From Patescibacteria group bacterium (GTDB lineage Bacteria; Patescibacteriota; Minisyncoccia; Phycocordibacterales; BOKC01), in NCBI GenBank assembly GCA_038062955.1, contig JBBTWE010000001.1, forward strand, positions 519,640-552,270: DNA of 32,631 nt. Reading direction: 5' to 3'. Each line of letters starts with the position of its first letter. Position 1 is the first letter of the stretch. This document shows positions 6,264 to 16,499 of the stretch, piece by piece. The notes below the pieces were generated by a model. It ran no database searches and was not told where the DNA came from. It saw only the letters and a program-made list of their open reading frames with translations. The position numbers and the translations under genes are program-made.

Positions 6264-6345
6264 GTTGGACCTCCTTTTGTTTGTCCGGTGGAATAGTAGC
6301 TTAAAGTGGTCAAAAATAAAAGTTTTATCTATCACTATCAGATAC

Positions 6346-6377
6346 AAAAAATCACCAAGGTATATTGGTGATTTTTT
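6346..6377 (-). terminator. Rho-independent (bidirectional-looking) terminator after tRNA-Asp
   Basis: A 13-bp stem, aaaaaatcaccaa (6346-6358) / ttggtgatttttt (6365-6377), starts 7 nt beyond the 3' end of tRNA-Asp. Confidence 0.75.
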
Positions 6378-6383
6378 ATTTTG

Positions 6384-6457
6384 CGCGGTCGACCGGGCTT
6401 GAACCGGCAACCTCCCACGTGACAGGCGGGTGCTCTAACCAGTTGAGCTACGACCGC
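6384..6457 (-). tRNA. tRNA-Asp(GUC)
   Basis: Reverse complement: GCGGTCG TA GCTC AACTGGTTA GAGC A CCCGC CTGTCAC GTGGG AGGTT GCCGG TTCAAGC CCGGT CGACCGC G. Canonical GG in the D-loop and TTC in the T-loop. Confidence 0.93.
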
Positions 6458-6500
6458 AACACATACAATGTAACAGATTTTGATACATGTATCAATTTTA

Positions 6501-6571
6501 TGCCGATGAGTGGAATCGAACCACTGTCTAAGGCTTATGAGTCCTCCGTTCTACCATTGAACTACACCGGC
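6501..6571 (-). tRNA. tRNA with CAU anticodon and a paired 1:72. It is elongator Met or possibly Ile2 if lysidine-modified.
   Basis: Reverse complement: GCCGGTG TA GTTC AATGGTA GAAC G GAGGA CTCATAA GCCTT AGAC AGTGG TTCGATT CCACT CATCGGC A. There is one A31/G39 mismatch in the anticodon stem. Confidence 0.82.
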
Positions 6572-6617
6572 TTATCAGCTTTATTCAAAATTTAGAATAG
6601 CAGAAATAACCACAAAA

Positions 6618-6655
6618 TGAAAATCTCCAATCGAACATTCGACTGGAGATTTTCA
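6618..6655 (-). terminator. Hairpin terminator between the initiator tRNA and tRNA-Met
   Basis: A 12-bp stem, tgaaaatctcca (6618-6629) / tggagattttca (6644-6655). On the minus strand it is followed by ttttgtgg. Confidence 0.6.
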
Positions 6656-6698
6656 TTTACCCGTACACCTATTTATCTTAGGTATTAGGGTTTACTTG

Positions 6699-6769
6699 TT
6701 GCGGGGCCCGGATGTGCGCCGGGGCCTCAAGGTTATGAGCCTTGCGAGCTACTGCTACTCAACCCCGCG
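6699..6769 (-). tRNA. Initiator-type tRNA-fMet(CAU) with non-canonical D- and T-loops
   Basis: Reverse complement: CGCGGGG TT GAGT AGCAGTA GCTC G CAAGG CTCATAA CCTTG AGGC CCCGG CGCACAT CCGGG CCCCGCA A. It has the C1xA72 mismatch and the A11:U24 pair that mark bacterial initiators, and it aligns arm by arm with E. coli tRNA-fMet. The T-loop is CGCACAT and the D-loop lacks GG. Only two G:C pairs lie next to the anticodon loop. Confidence 0.72.
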
Positions 6770-6779
6770 ATATAGCTAT

Positions 6780-6900
6780 GACTTTCATCTTTGGTGCATT
6801 TCGTCGTTAGGCGCTCCGCTTGCTTCCATGCGCTGGATTATTCATACAGCTTGGTCACAATGCTCGCGTCTGCCTAGAACTGCACTCAAACCTGAAAGTC
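6780..6900 (-). ncRNA. Unassigned GC-rich structured RNA candidate, directly upstream of the initiator tRNA
   Basis: Nested helices on the minus strand: GACTTTCA (6900-6893)/TGAAAGTC (6787-6780), TTTG/CAAA, GTGCA/TGCAC, TAGGC/GCCTA, and an apical TCCA-GCGCA-TGGA followed by AGCA. It is clearly GC-richer than true spacers. No long ORF on the minus strand; the plus-strand ORF 6696-6944 overlaps a tRNA. Confidence 0.35.
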
Positions 6901-6988
6901 CTACTAACAACGATAACCTTCTTCTTTATAAGAAAAGTAACTGAAATCATAATTGATTTTTAGCAAAAAAGCAATAGAACTTCCAGAT

Positions 6989-7651
6989 CTAAATATAACG
7001 AAATTCGTGAAACACCTTTTCAAAAAGCCCGATAACTCTCAAGGCTTCCCTATGAGTAAGTAAGAAATCAGATCCTTCATGTGCTAAAGAGTTTCTAATT
7101 TTATGGGCTTCCCAGGCCAGTTCTACAGTAGTAAAATCACTTCTCTCAACATTTTTTAATTTTTCACCTAAACTTTCACCAGGGTAGCCGATTTTATCCA
7201 CCATCTCTTCAAGCATCACATCTGCCTCCAAAATGGCAAGTTTCCAGTCGCTCATGTTTGGCGACATAATAAATTTTTGAACTTTTTCCCATCTTTGGTT
7301 AATTCTTTCTGCAGGAACTTCATGACTAGCACCATGTCCAGCAGGCGTAGAATGAAATTTTAGCTGTAATGCGTGATGTAGTCTTTTTAACTGTCGATTC
7401 GAACGAATAATACCGATAAGAAAGAGAATGGAAACTGTAACAGATATTACAATCACAAATGGTAGAATCCCGATAAAATAAGATTTTACCCATTCCAAAA
7501 AAGAGAGATCTGAATGTCTGAAATTTAAAAATCTCTCTATCAAATAACCGAGCAAGCCGAGAGCTAGAAGTAAAATTACAATGACTTCGTAAGGATCATT
7601 GGTGTCCATTATTCCAACACCTCCTGATTTTTCTTTTTTTTCTTCAGCCAT
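6989..7651 (-). CDS. Hypothetical membrane protein with a helical C-terminal domain
   Basis: 220 aa. Two strongly hydrophobic helices (residues about 22-38 and 56-82). The C-terminal domain contains WKLAILEADVMLEE and AHKIRNSLAHEG. No family recognised with confidence. Confidence 0.8.
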   Translation of the reverse strand: MAEEKKEKSGGVGIMDTNDPYEVIVILLLALGLLGYLIERFLNFRHSDLSFLEWVKSYFIGILPFVIVISVTVSILFLIGIIRSNRQLKRLHHALQLKFHSTPAGHGASHEVPAERINQRWEKVQKFIMSPNMSDWKLAILEADVMLEEMVDKIGYPGESLGEKLKNVERSDFTTVELAWEAHKIRNSLAHEGSDFLLTHREALRVIGLFEKVFHEFRYI

Positions 7652-7743
7652 AAGAGCAGATTTAAGATTCTAGATATACGATTTAAGATTTAAATACAAT
7701 AAAAAATCCGGGGGCTCCAAATGTGGAAGTTCTTATTATTTTA

Positions 7744-9174
7744 CTATATTTCGCCAAGAAAATCTTTACCCGCCTTAAACAACAAATCTTCTCTCATGTA
7801 AGGAGCGGTTATTTGAAGGCCGATTGGCAAGCCGATTTGGGAAAGTCCCGATGGTACCGAGATTGCAGGAAGTCCAGCGATGCTTTGAGGTGCAGTTAAA
7901 ATATCCGACATATACATAGATAATGGATCCGCGGCTTTCTCCCCTATCTTGAAAGCAACATCTGGAGTTGTTGGGGTTATTATAATGTCCACACCATTTT
8001 TTGCTTGCCTATTTTCAAAAACTTTATCGAAATCACCGATAACTGCTCGTCTAAGTTCATTGGCCTTATTATAGAAAGAATCATAGTAGCCGGACGACAA
8101 AACGTAAGCTCCTAGAATTAATCGTCTCCTGGTCTCTTTCCCAAATCCGATAGTTCTGGTTTTTATGTAATCTCCGAGCAGATTTTCTCCATTTTCATGC
8201 AAACCATATTTTACTCCGTCGAAACGAGCCAAATTTGAAGAAACTTCGGCTGGCATAATCACGTAATATATTGCCAAAGAATAATGAGCGTTTGGTAAAG
8301 AAATATTTTTTATCTCGTAACCAAGTTTTGAAAATTTTTTGATTGATTCTTCAAAATTTTTCCTGACGTCTGGTTGGATTCCGTCCATCTTAAGCACATC
8401 TTCCGGCACACCGATAATGAGTTTTTTGGGCAATTCTTTTTTTTCTACAGAAGATATGGTAGTGCTGTCCTTTGGATCTTTACCTTTCATGATATTAAAA
8501 AGAATTTCTGCGTCTTCAACTGACTTTGTAAGTGGGCCAATCTGGTCAAGCGAAGAACCCATAGCAATGAGACCATATCTTGAAATTGCGCCATATGTTG
8601 GTTTGAGGCCTACCAAACCGCAAAAACTGGCTGGCTGTCTAATCGATCCGCCAGTGTCAGATCCAAGAGCCGCTAATGCTCCATTCATTTTTACAGCCGC
8701 AACAGAGCCTCCAGATGAGCCGCCAGGAACCCTCGTAGGGTCAATCGGATTCTTGGTAACCCCATAAGCAGAATTTTCCGTAGAGCTTCCCATTGCAAAC
8801 TCATCCATATTTGTTCGTCCAATAAAAATAGGACTTTCTTTTTTGAGTTTTGAAACAACAGTCGAATCATAGGTTGCGTGATATTTTCCCAAAATCTTGC
8901 TCGAGGCGGAAGCAATTTTACCTTTATTTAAAATATTATCTTTGAGTGCCAAAGGAATTCCTGTAAGAATGCTGGCTTTGCCTCCCTTAAATAAACTTTC
9001 AGCTTTTGCTGTTTCCTCTTTCACATCATTATAAACTTCAAGGTAAGCGTTTATTTCTTTATTTTTTTCATCAACATTCTTGAGAGCTGAACCCACAAGG
9101 TCTTTTACTGAAAAATCTCCATTCTTCAAATGGTTGTGTGCAGATTTAATTGTTAAGTTTGTTATATCAAGCAT
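7744..9174 (-). CDS. gatA: Glutamyl/aspartyl-tRNA amidotransferase subunit A
   Basis: 476 aa. Amidase signature with GGSSGGS and the GSDTGGSIRQPA block. Immediately downstream of gatC. Confidence 0.96.
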   Translation of the reverse strand: MLDITNLTIKSAHNHLKNGDFSVKDLVGSALKNVDEKNKEINAYLEVYNDVKEETAKAESLFKGGKASILTGIPLALKDNILNKGKIASASSKILGKYHATYDSTVVSKLKKESPIFIGRTNMDEFAMGSSTENSAYGVTKNPIDPTRVPGGSSGGSVAAVKMNGALAALGSDTGGSIRQPASFCGLVGLKPTYGAISRYGLIAMGSSLDQIGPLTKSVEDAEILFNIMKGKDPKDSTTISSVEKKELPKKLIIGVPEDVLKMDGIQPDVRKNFEESIKKFSKLGYEIKNISLPNAHYSLAIYYVIMPAEVSSNLARFDGVKYGLHENGENLLGDYIKTRTIGFGKETRRRLILGAYVLSSGYYDSFYNKANELRRAVIGDFDKVFENRQAKNGVDIIITPTTPDVAFKIGEKAADPLSMYMSDILTAPQSIAGLPAISVPSGLSQIGLPIGLQITAPYMREDLLFKAGKDFLGEI

Positions 9175-9178
9175 GATT

Positions 9179-9481
9179 TTAAAGAATTTTTTTAACTTTC
9201 ACATAATCCCCCTCTCTTTGCGGAACTTCAGCTAGAATTTCTTTCGAAAATTCTCCGGATTTATGCGGAGTAGTATCTTCTCTAAAACTGTTTTGAATCA
9301 TACTAAAAACACCCGGCAATCTTTTTTCACTTTTTGCACTACCGCTTACTTCTTGAATTTGTTTTACAAAAGAAAGAATCGAATCGATGTCTTTTCCAAA
9401 AGAACCCAGTTCTTCTTCAGACAACTCAATACGCGACAGAGAAGCAAGTTTTAATAATTCTTCTTTTTTAATTTTTAACAT
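9179..9481 (-). CDS. gatC: Glutamyl/aspartyl-tRNA amidotransferase subunit C
   Basis: 100 aa. It has the typical gatC size, the sequence LSRIELSEEE...F....ILSFV, and the position 4 nt upstream of gatA. Confidence 0.88.
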   Translation of the reverse strand: MLKIKKEELLKLASLSRIELSEEELGSFGKDIDSILSFVKQIQEVSGSAKSEKRLPGVFSMIQNSFREDTTPHKSGEFSKEILAEVPQREGDYVKVKKIL

Positions 9482-9501
9482 ATACAGACTCTAACTATAT
9501 C

Positions 9502-11535
<2,034 letters not shown>

Positions 11536-11672
11536 TTAGCATTCTGCCAAAAGAAAAACATGCGGCAGAGAATTGAGAATATGAATAATAGAATACTGAA
11601 TATTGTCGGAATTCCCTAGCGCCCCTGCCTGCCGGCAGACAGGTAAAGCCTAGCTCTTAGTTTTCCTGGTGT

Positions 11673-12170
11673 CTAATACGTTGCTCGGAGGGCTCTTTCC
11701 AATCTCCTAGAGCTTCCAACATTGCAAGTGTTGTAACCACGAGATTCGGTTTGCGTTACAATGTCACCGTCCTCATCTTCCTTTAGAATAGTGAAAGTGA
11801 AACATGGACCATTTGGATCATTGTTTAAATTGAAAGCTTCTGAAGTAAAAGTTCGTGGTAAACCACTTCCTGGAGCAGTCACCGAAACATCCTGGTCAGC
11901 ACAGGTAATCACAAAAGAGTTTGAGGCATTATTTGGATCAAAAGAGTTATTTCGTAAATCCCAAAATAGAGCGCATTCTATTCCGGAATTTGAAGCATAA
12001 AAAGCAATCTGGGAATCTCGTCCAGCTTGAGTTAAGTTAAGTTCTTTTACAGCGATATTGGAAACGGCGTAACTAAAAAGCAAGGCTACCGAAGTAATGA
12101 GTACCGCCACAAAAAGAGCAACGCCTTTATTATTTTTTTTATTAAATCTTGTCATGTAAAAATTCGACAT
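11673..12170 (-). CDS. PilX-like pilus assembly protein / minor pilin-like protein
   Basis: 165 aa. N-terminal basic stretch then the hydrophobic helix KGVALFVAVLITSVALLFSYA. Its start overlaps the upstream stop (TAATG). Located in the pilin operon. Confidence 0.65.
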   Translation of the reverse strand: MSNFYMTRFNKKNNKGVALFVAVLITSVALLFSYAVSNIAVKELNLTQAGRDSQIAFYASNSGIECALFWDLRNNSFDPNNASNSFVITCADQDVSVTAPGSGLPRTFTSEAFNLNNDPNGPCFTFTILKEDEDGDIVTQTESRGYNTCNVGSSRRLERALRATY

Positions 12171-12733
12171 TAGATAAGATCACTTAAGGGATGCCAATTG
12201 AATATATGTTCAGAAATTACAAATGTTGGTCTTCCTGCCCAAATTATACTCACCGTAACTTTGACCTCATTTGGGTTAATCTCTGTCATATTTATCCGTC
12301 TGGTAAATTTGGTTGCGGTGCCTCCAGTATCCTCATGACTAATCAAGCCTTCACTATCTTTAAACAACTTACAATCGTTCATATCAGGATCTGAACAAAG
12401 AGCTATTGTTTCCAGTATAGGATCAACCCCACAAGGCACTGCCTCACTACAAGGACCTGGGGTAGTTGCCCACGAAGCAATACCGTCTAGCCAGTGAGTT
12501 GGAGTTCCAAAATTTTTGATACCATTCTCGTCTCTCTTATTTTTTATCATTTCTATAGCCTCCCCCGCCAAAAAATATGCTGCAATTCGATCCCTGGAAT
12601 AAAAAGATGATTGTAAGGAACTTTGGGCAACTGTCATAGCTGAAGTGATGGCCATAGAAAGAATGAAGATGGCAACCATCGTCTCTACCAAAGTAAATCC
12701 TTTCGACATATTTTTATAATAAAGTTTTTGCAT
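12170..12733 (-). CDS. Type IV minor pilin (prepilin-type N-terminal cleavage/methylation domain)
   Basis: 187 aa. Class III signal KGFTLVETMVAIFILSMAI, with G at -1 and E at +5. Confidence 0.8.
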   Translation of the reverse strand: MQKLYYKNMSKGFTLVETMVAIFILSMAITSAMTVAQSSLQSSFYSRDRIAAYFLAGEAIEMIKNKRDENGIKNFGTPTHWLDGIASWATTPGPCSEAVPCGVDPILETIALCSDPDMNDCKLFKDSEGLISHEDTGGTATKFTRRINMTEINPNEVKVTVSIIWAGRPTFVISEHIFNWHPLSDLI

Positions 12734-12746
12734 TTGAAATTAAAAA

Positions 12747-13400
12747 TTATGGAAGAACTATCGAAAGATTGGGAGATCGTTGGGATAAAGTGGTCTGCAA
12801 CTCAAACTTTGATTTTACTTCGTCTTTCACCCCAGCCTCACCTTCAATCACTATCAGAACTTTTGGTTGTTTGTCCTCCAGCCCGGCTCCGGTCACATAA
12901 AATCTCATATTTTGAATATCAACTTCCGGCGAAGTAATTCTTTCCCATTCTGATGAACCAAAACTGTTCTGACAATCGTCATTAGTGCTTATTCTCCTCT
13001 CAAGATATCCACCAGAACCACCGACAACAAAGCGATAAGCAATAGCATTGCTATCACTACTGCAAAAAGATAAATAATCTCCCCCGCCGTCTCCAATAGT
13101 GCAATCCAGCGGTTCGCCCATTGGAGTAGGATTGCCACACCTAAAAGAAGATCCGAATGCTGTTGTATCCGCAATTTTAGCCACCACAATTTCTCTTGCC
13201 ATCGAATCGAGAGCAAAATTAAGGTTGTTCATAATAGCCTTAAGTGACTGACTTTTTTGATTCACACCAAACATCTGAAGCACTGCCCCCAAGCCAATAG
13301 TCATGACAGCGATAAACACTCCCAAAGATACAACAAGTTCCATGAGAATGAGGCCTTTTTTGAAACCTGCTTTTTTTTGTTTTGAATAGGGAGAGGTCAT
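12747..13400 (-). CDS. PilW-like minor pilin with a degenerate prepilin signal
   Basis: 217 aa. KKGLILMELVVSLGVFIAV resembles a prepilin leader and helix. Located in the operon. Confidence 0.62.
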   Translation of the reverse strand: MTSPYSKQKKAGFKKGLILMELVVSLGVFIAVMTIGLGAVLQMFGVNQKSQSLKAIMNNLNFALDSMAREIVVAKIADTTAFGSSFRCGNPTPMGEPLDCTIGDGGGDYLSFCSSDSNAIAYRFVVGGSGGYLERRISTNDDCQNSFGSSEWERITSPEVDIQNMRFYVTGAGLEDKQPKVLIVIEGEAGVKDEVKSKFELQTTLSQRSPNLSIVLP

Positions 13401-13533
13401 GGGATGTGATAGCGATTTCTAATTTAAATATCAGATTTATGATTTAAGATTTAAGATTTTTTCACTTCTTGATCTTTGATTTTTAAATTTGTCATGCTTC
13501 GTGCTTCAAATTTCTGTTCCTTATTATACTATT

Positions 13534-14274
13534 CTAACTCTCATCAGAAATATCTTCACATATTGTATCTTTCCCCACATAAATCTGACCTGAATGTAAA
13601 ACATTGATGCTTTTTGTGCGGCCGGAGGGAGATTTAAGACAGATTATCGCTTCTTTATCATTATACTGGTTTGGTGGTGTTAAAACCGTGCCATTTTGTC
13701 TTCGAAATCTTATGTTTGTATCAAGTTTTGGTCGTAGAAAAGTTAGATCCACTCCTGCCAGATTTGAGTCATCAGAACAACTTAAATCACCAGAACCATC
13801 ATTCACACATATTTTGGATATAAAATTTCCTCGTCCAATATCAATTTGTTGTATACATTCAAGGTTGATGGACGGATCTCCACAATTATTATTGAATCCT
13901 AAATAATTCGGCGGAAGATTTCCATATATATATTGGTCATTCTCATCATCAACAAAAAGAAGATACGCTTTATTATTTCCAGGGAAATTAGCATCAGTTT
14001 CTGGGTTAATATTAAAATGAATTCCATAGGCTTTCTCAAAATTTCCAGATATACCCTTAACGGCCGTACCTGAAATTTGAGCCTCTCTTATGGAAAGCGC
14101 CACGGCATAGGCTAGATTGGTTATTTCCAAGCTGTCTGTAAATTCCTTGTGATTATAAACCGTTACAGAAGCAATCACACCTATAATGAAAACAGAAACA
14201 AGGAGTTCTATGAGAGTGAAACCGCTTTTGTAAGTGGCAAGATTTTCTTTATTCTTTTGTTTGGAGAGAAACAT
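13534..14274 (-). CDS. Type IV pilin-like protein
   Basis: 246 aa. Signal SGFTLIELLVSVFIIGVIA. Confidence 0.8.
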   Translation of the reverse strand: MFLSKQKNKENLATYKSGFTLIELLVSVFIIGVIASVTVYNHKEFTDSLEITNLAYAVALSIREAQISGTAVKGISGNFEKAYGIHFNINPETDANFPGNNKAYLLFVDDENDQYIYGNLPPNYLGFNNNCGDPSINLECIQQIDIGRGNFISKICVNDGSGDLSCSDDSNLAGVDLTFLRPKLDTNIRFRRQNGTVLTPPNQYNDKEAIICLKSPSGRTKSINVLHSGQIYVGKDTICEDISDES

Positions 14275-14381
14275 AGTTTATTAAGTCAAAATTCAAAAGG
14301 CAAAACTCAAAATTGAAAGTTAGAAGTTATTAATTTAAAGACATTTTTCTTCCAGATTTTTTCACTTTTATATCAGTTTGT

Positions 14382-15233
14382 TTAGAATAAATCGAGTATG
14401 ATTTTCAAATGTAGAAAGTCCCATTCGAAAAGAAAAGCTAAGAGTGTGCCGAGAATTAGAAACGGTCCAAATGGAATTTCACTCTTAATTGTAAATCTTT
14501 TGCCAAGTATTAACAATCGGCCATTATTAACAGAATTTTTTGAAATAGCGCTCAAACCCAAAAGAACGAAGCCAACTCCCCCGCCTATCCAAAAAGCAAG
14601 TATAAGAGCGTATATTCCCGAAGGTAAACCGAGAAGAAAACCTATACCGAACGAAAGTTTAACGTCCCCAAAACCCATCCAAGCGCCCCGAGAAATAAGC
14701 CAGAGCAAGAAAAATGGTAAAGCAAGTAAGGGACCCGCGATGAGATTCCCATAAATCCCCTGCCCAAAGAAGACGTATAGAGCAAACAAAAAAGAGAGTC
14801 CGATAAAAGTGTAGACCAGAGCCTCGGGAATTATTTTGTGTTTATAATCATAGACTGAAATAGCAATTAGAATTGAAAAAATGATCAAGTAAAAAATTAA
14901 TTCAAAAATTAAAGTATAGAAAAGACTTAAAAAATCAGGAGTTAAGGAGAAGATTTTCCAAAAAATGGCGACAAAAACAAGGCCTGTCATAATTTCTACC
15001 AAAATATATTGTCGAGAAATCTTGGTATGACAGTTACTACATCTTCCTCCTTGAAAGACAAAACTCAAAACTGGAATAAGTTCAAACCATTTCAAAGTTT
15101 TACCACAAGAAAAACATCTTGATCTATCATTTACGATTGATTGCCCAGTGTTATAACGCAAAACCAAAACATTTAAAAAACTCCCAATGAGAGTACCGAG
15201 AATAAAGATGGAAATATAGAAGAATGGAATCAC
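14382..15233 (-). CDS. pilD: Prepilin peptidase (A24 family)
   Basis: 283 aa polytopic membrane protein. N-terminal CxxC pairs (CFSCGK, CSNCHT). The acidic GFGDVK motif is typical of PilD/GspO. Confidence 0.9.
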   Translation of the reverse strand: MIPFFYISIFILGTLIGSFLNVLVLRYNTGQSIVNDRSRCFSCGKTLKWFELIPVLSFVFQGGRCSNCHTKISRQYILVEIMTGLVFVAIFWKIFSLTPDFLSLFYTLIFELIFYLIIFSILIAISVYDYKHKIIPEALVYTFIGLSFLFALYVFFGQGIYGNLIAGPLLALPFFLLWLISRGAWMGFGDVKLSFGIGFLLGLPSGIYALILAFWIGGGVGFVLLGLSAISKNSVNNGRLLILGKRFTIKSEIPFGPFLILGTLLAFLFEWDFLHLKIILDLF

Positions 15234-15283
15234 AGTAAAAAGGTTTGATAGATTAGATTCGGGATAAAAAATCGGAGATTTTA

Positions 15284-15775
15284 TTAACTAGCATCAGAAT
15301 CACAAAATGCAGGAGCAAGCGCACCACCACCACTCGCAATACCAGATCCACCCGCACCAACAGAACCAACACACCAATTTCCACCGTCAGATAGAGGAAT
15401 TGATACCGCCCAAGATTGACCATTTGCGCCAATTACACAACGTCGATTGGAATTGGCGTCCGATGATCCGTTTTTAGTAGCTTCAACAATCGCCGCATTG
15501 ATAACCGAGTGATTAAAAATATCGCTGTCACAGAGGGCAGAATCCGTAATGGGTGTTCCGTAAGTACTAGAACCCACGTAATACAATTCTGACTCGGACC
15601 TTACCGTGTTTAAATTTGATTGAACGGCTGCAAATTTTCCTTTATTTCTCGTGGTATTTAAAGAAACAACTATAACTGACGCCAACATACTTACAATGGC
15701 AATCACAACCAAAAGTTCTATCAAAGTAAAACCATTTCCATTGATATAGTGTTTTCTATTTCGCCTTTCTCTCAT
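15284..15775 (-). CDS. Type IV pilin
   Basis: 163 aa. Signal NGFTLIELLVVIAIVSMLASV. The C-terminal half is Gly/Ala/Ser-rich and contains Cys residues. Confidence 0.85.
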   Translation of the reverse strand: MRERRNRKHYINGNGFTLIELLVVIAIVSMLASVIVVSLNTTRNKGKFAAVQSNLNTVRSESELYYVGSSTYGTPITDSALCDSDIFNHSVINAAIVEATKNGSSDANSNRRCVIGANGQSWAVSIPLSDGGNWCVGSVGAGGSGIASGGGALAPAFCDSDAS

Positions 15776-15884
15776 AATGTCCTTTTTAAAAAATCTATTT
15801 TCTTAATATTAACAAAAACAGATCTCATCGCACAGATTCAGATCGATATAGTAGTATTTATTATAAGCCATAAACCAAGGAAAG

Positions 15885-15917
15885 AAAAACACCGCTTTGA
15901 AGTGAGGCGGTGTTTTT
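15885..15917 (-). terminator. Rho-independent terminator after the pilin gene at 15941-16357
   Basis: Stem aaaaacaccgc (15885-15895) / gcggtgttttt (15907-15917), 24 nt beyond the stop codon. T-rich on both sides. Confidence 0.7.
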
Positions 15918-15940
15918 CTGATCAAACAAAAAGATGCTTA

Positions 15941-16357
15941 TTAAGATTTTACACACCCAGTCAGACTACAAGTAATCGTCGTGTCAGCACCACACGAAGC
16001 AGCGGGACACAATGTTGTAGCAGTAACCGTATCTGCACCTGCGTTTGCAATCGTTGGCAAAGGCCATCCGCTTGGCATCGTGGTAGGCCAGAAACTATTT
16101 ATTGCTGGAGTGGTACATATATCAGCGCCTGCAACCGCCACGCCTGCGGTAGAAGAAATTGTTCCACCACTATCGCGACAGAGAACTATTGCAGTAACCC
16201 ATCCGCTTGCTGTAGCTTGACCAGCTGCCACTCTAGCTTTCTGTCTTGCAGTATTTAATGAAGCCAATACAACAGAAGACAAAATACCGATAATTGCGAT
16301 AACAACTAAGAGTTCAATAAGAGTGAAACCCTTATTTACTTTACTGAATTTTTTCAT
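15941..16357 (-). CDS. Type IV pilin (candidate major pilin)
   Basis: 138 aa. Signal KGFTLIELLVVIAIIGILSSV. Short, Ala/Thr/Gly-rich, and followed by its own terminator. The GC-rich body produces spurious antisense ORFs. Confidence 0.85.
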   Translation of the reverse strand: MKKFSKVNKGFTLIELLVVIAIIGILSSVVLASLNTARQKARVAAGQATASGWVTAIVLCRDSGGTISSTAGVAVAGADICTTPAINSFWPTTMPSGWPLPTIANAGADTVTATTLCPAASCGADTTITCSLTGCVKS

Positions 16358-16371
16358 AACTATTTAAGAAA

Positions 16372-16389
16372 ATTGTTCGCGCGAACAAT
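16372..16389. promoter_or_regulatory. Perfect 18-bp palindrome 15 nt upstream of the pilin start codon (candidate operator or 5'-UTR hairpin)
   Basis: ATTGTTCGCGCGAACAAT is its own reverse complement. It is the only GC-rich core in an otherwise AT-rich leader. Confidence 0.4.
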
Positions 16390-16499
16390 CTATTATTTTT
16401 TAATTCTAATCAATTTTATGAGAGATTTCGCTGTTTTTTATTTTTTCAAACAAAAAAACAATGATCGACCTAATCCTCTCTTATTAACATTTTCAACGC

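Noticed and set aside
5823-6296. 157-aa plus-strand ORF overlapping the cupin gene, and the N-terminal extension of the minus ORF to 6410.
   Set aside because: The minus frame carries the cupin motifs, a strong SD at the internal ATG and a downstream terminator. The plus ORF is an antisense by-product of the GC-rich segment. The 48-codon extension runs through AT-rich spacer and into a terminator hairpin.
6365-6944. Plus-strand ORFs 6365-6595 and 6696-6944.
   Set aside because: They are read-throughs of the reverse complements of tRNA-Asp, tRNA-Met and tRNA-fMet and of the adjacent structured RNA. The peptide strings (GLEPATS, GIEPLS) are the classic antisense-tRNA signature.
15749-16258. 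Plus-strand ORFs 15749-16258 and 15981-16220, opposite the pilin gene.
   Set aside because: The minus-strand frame has a textbook prepilin signal (KGFTLIELLVV). The plus ORFs are Cys/Arg/Ser-rich artefacts of the GC-rich, Ala/Thr/Gly-rich pilin body.
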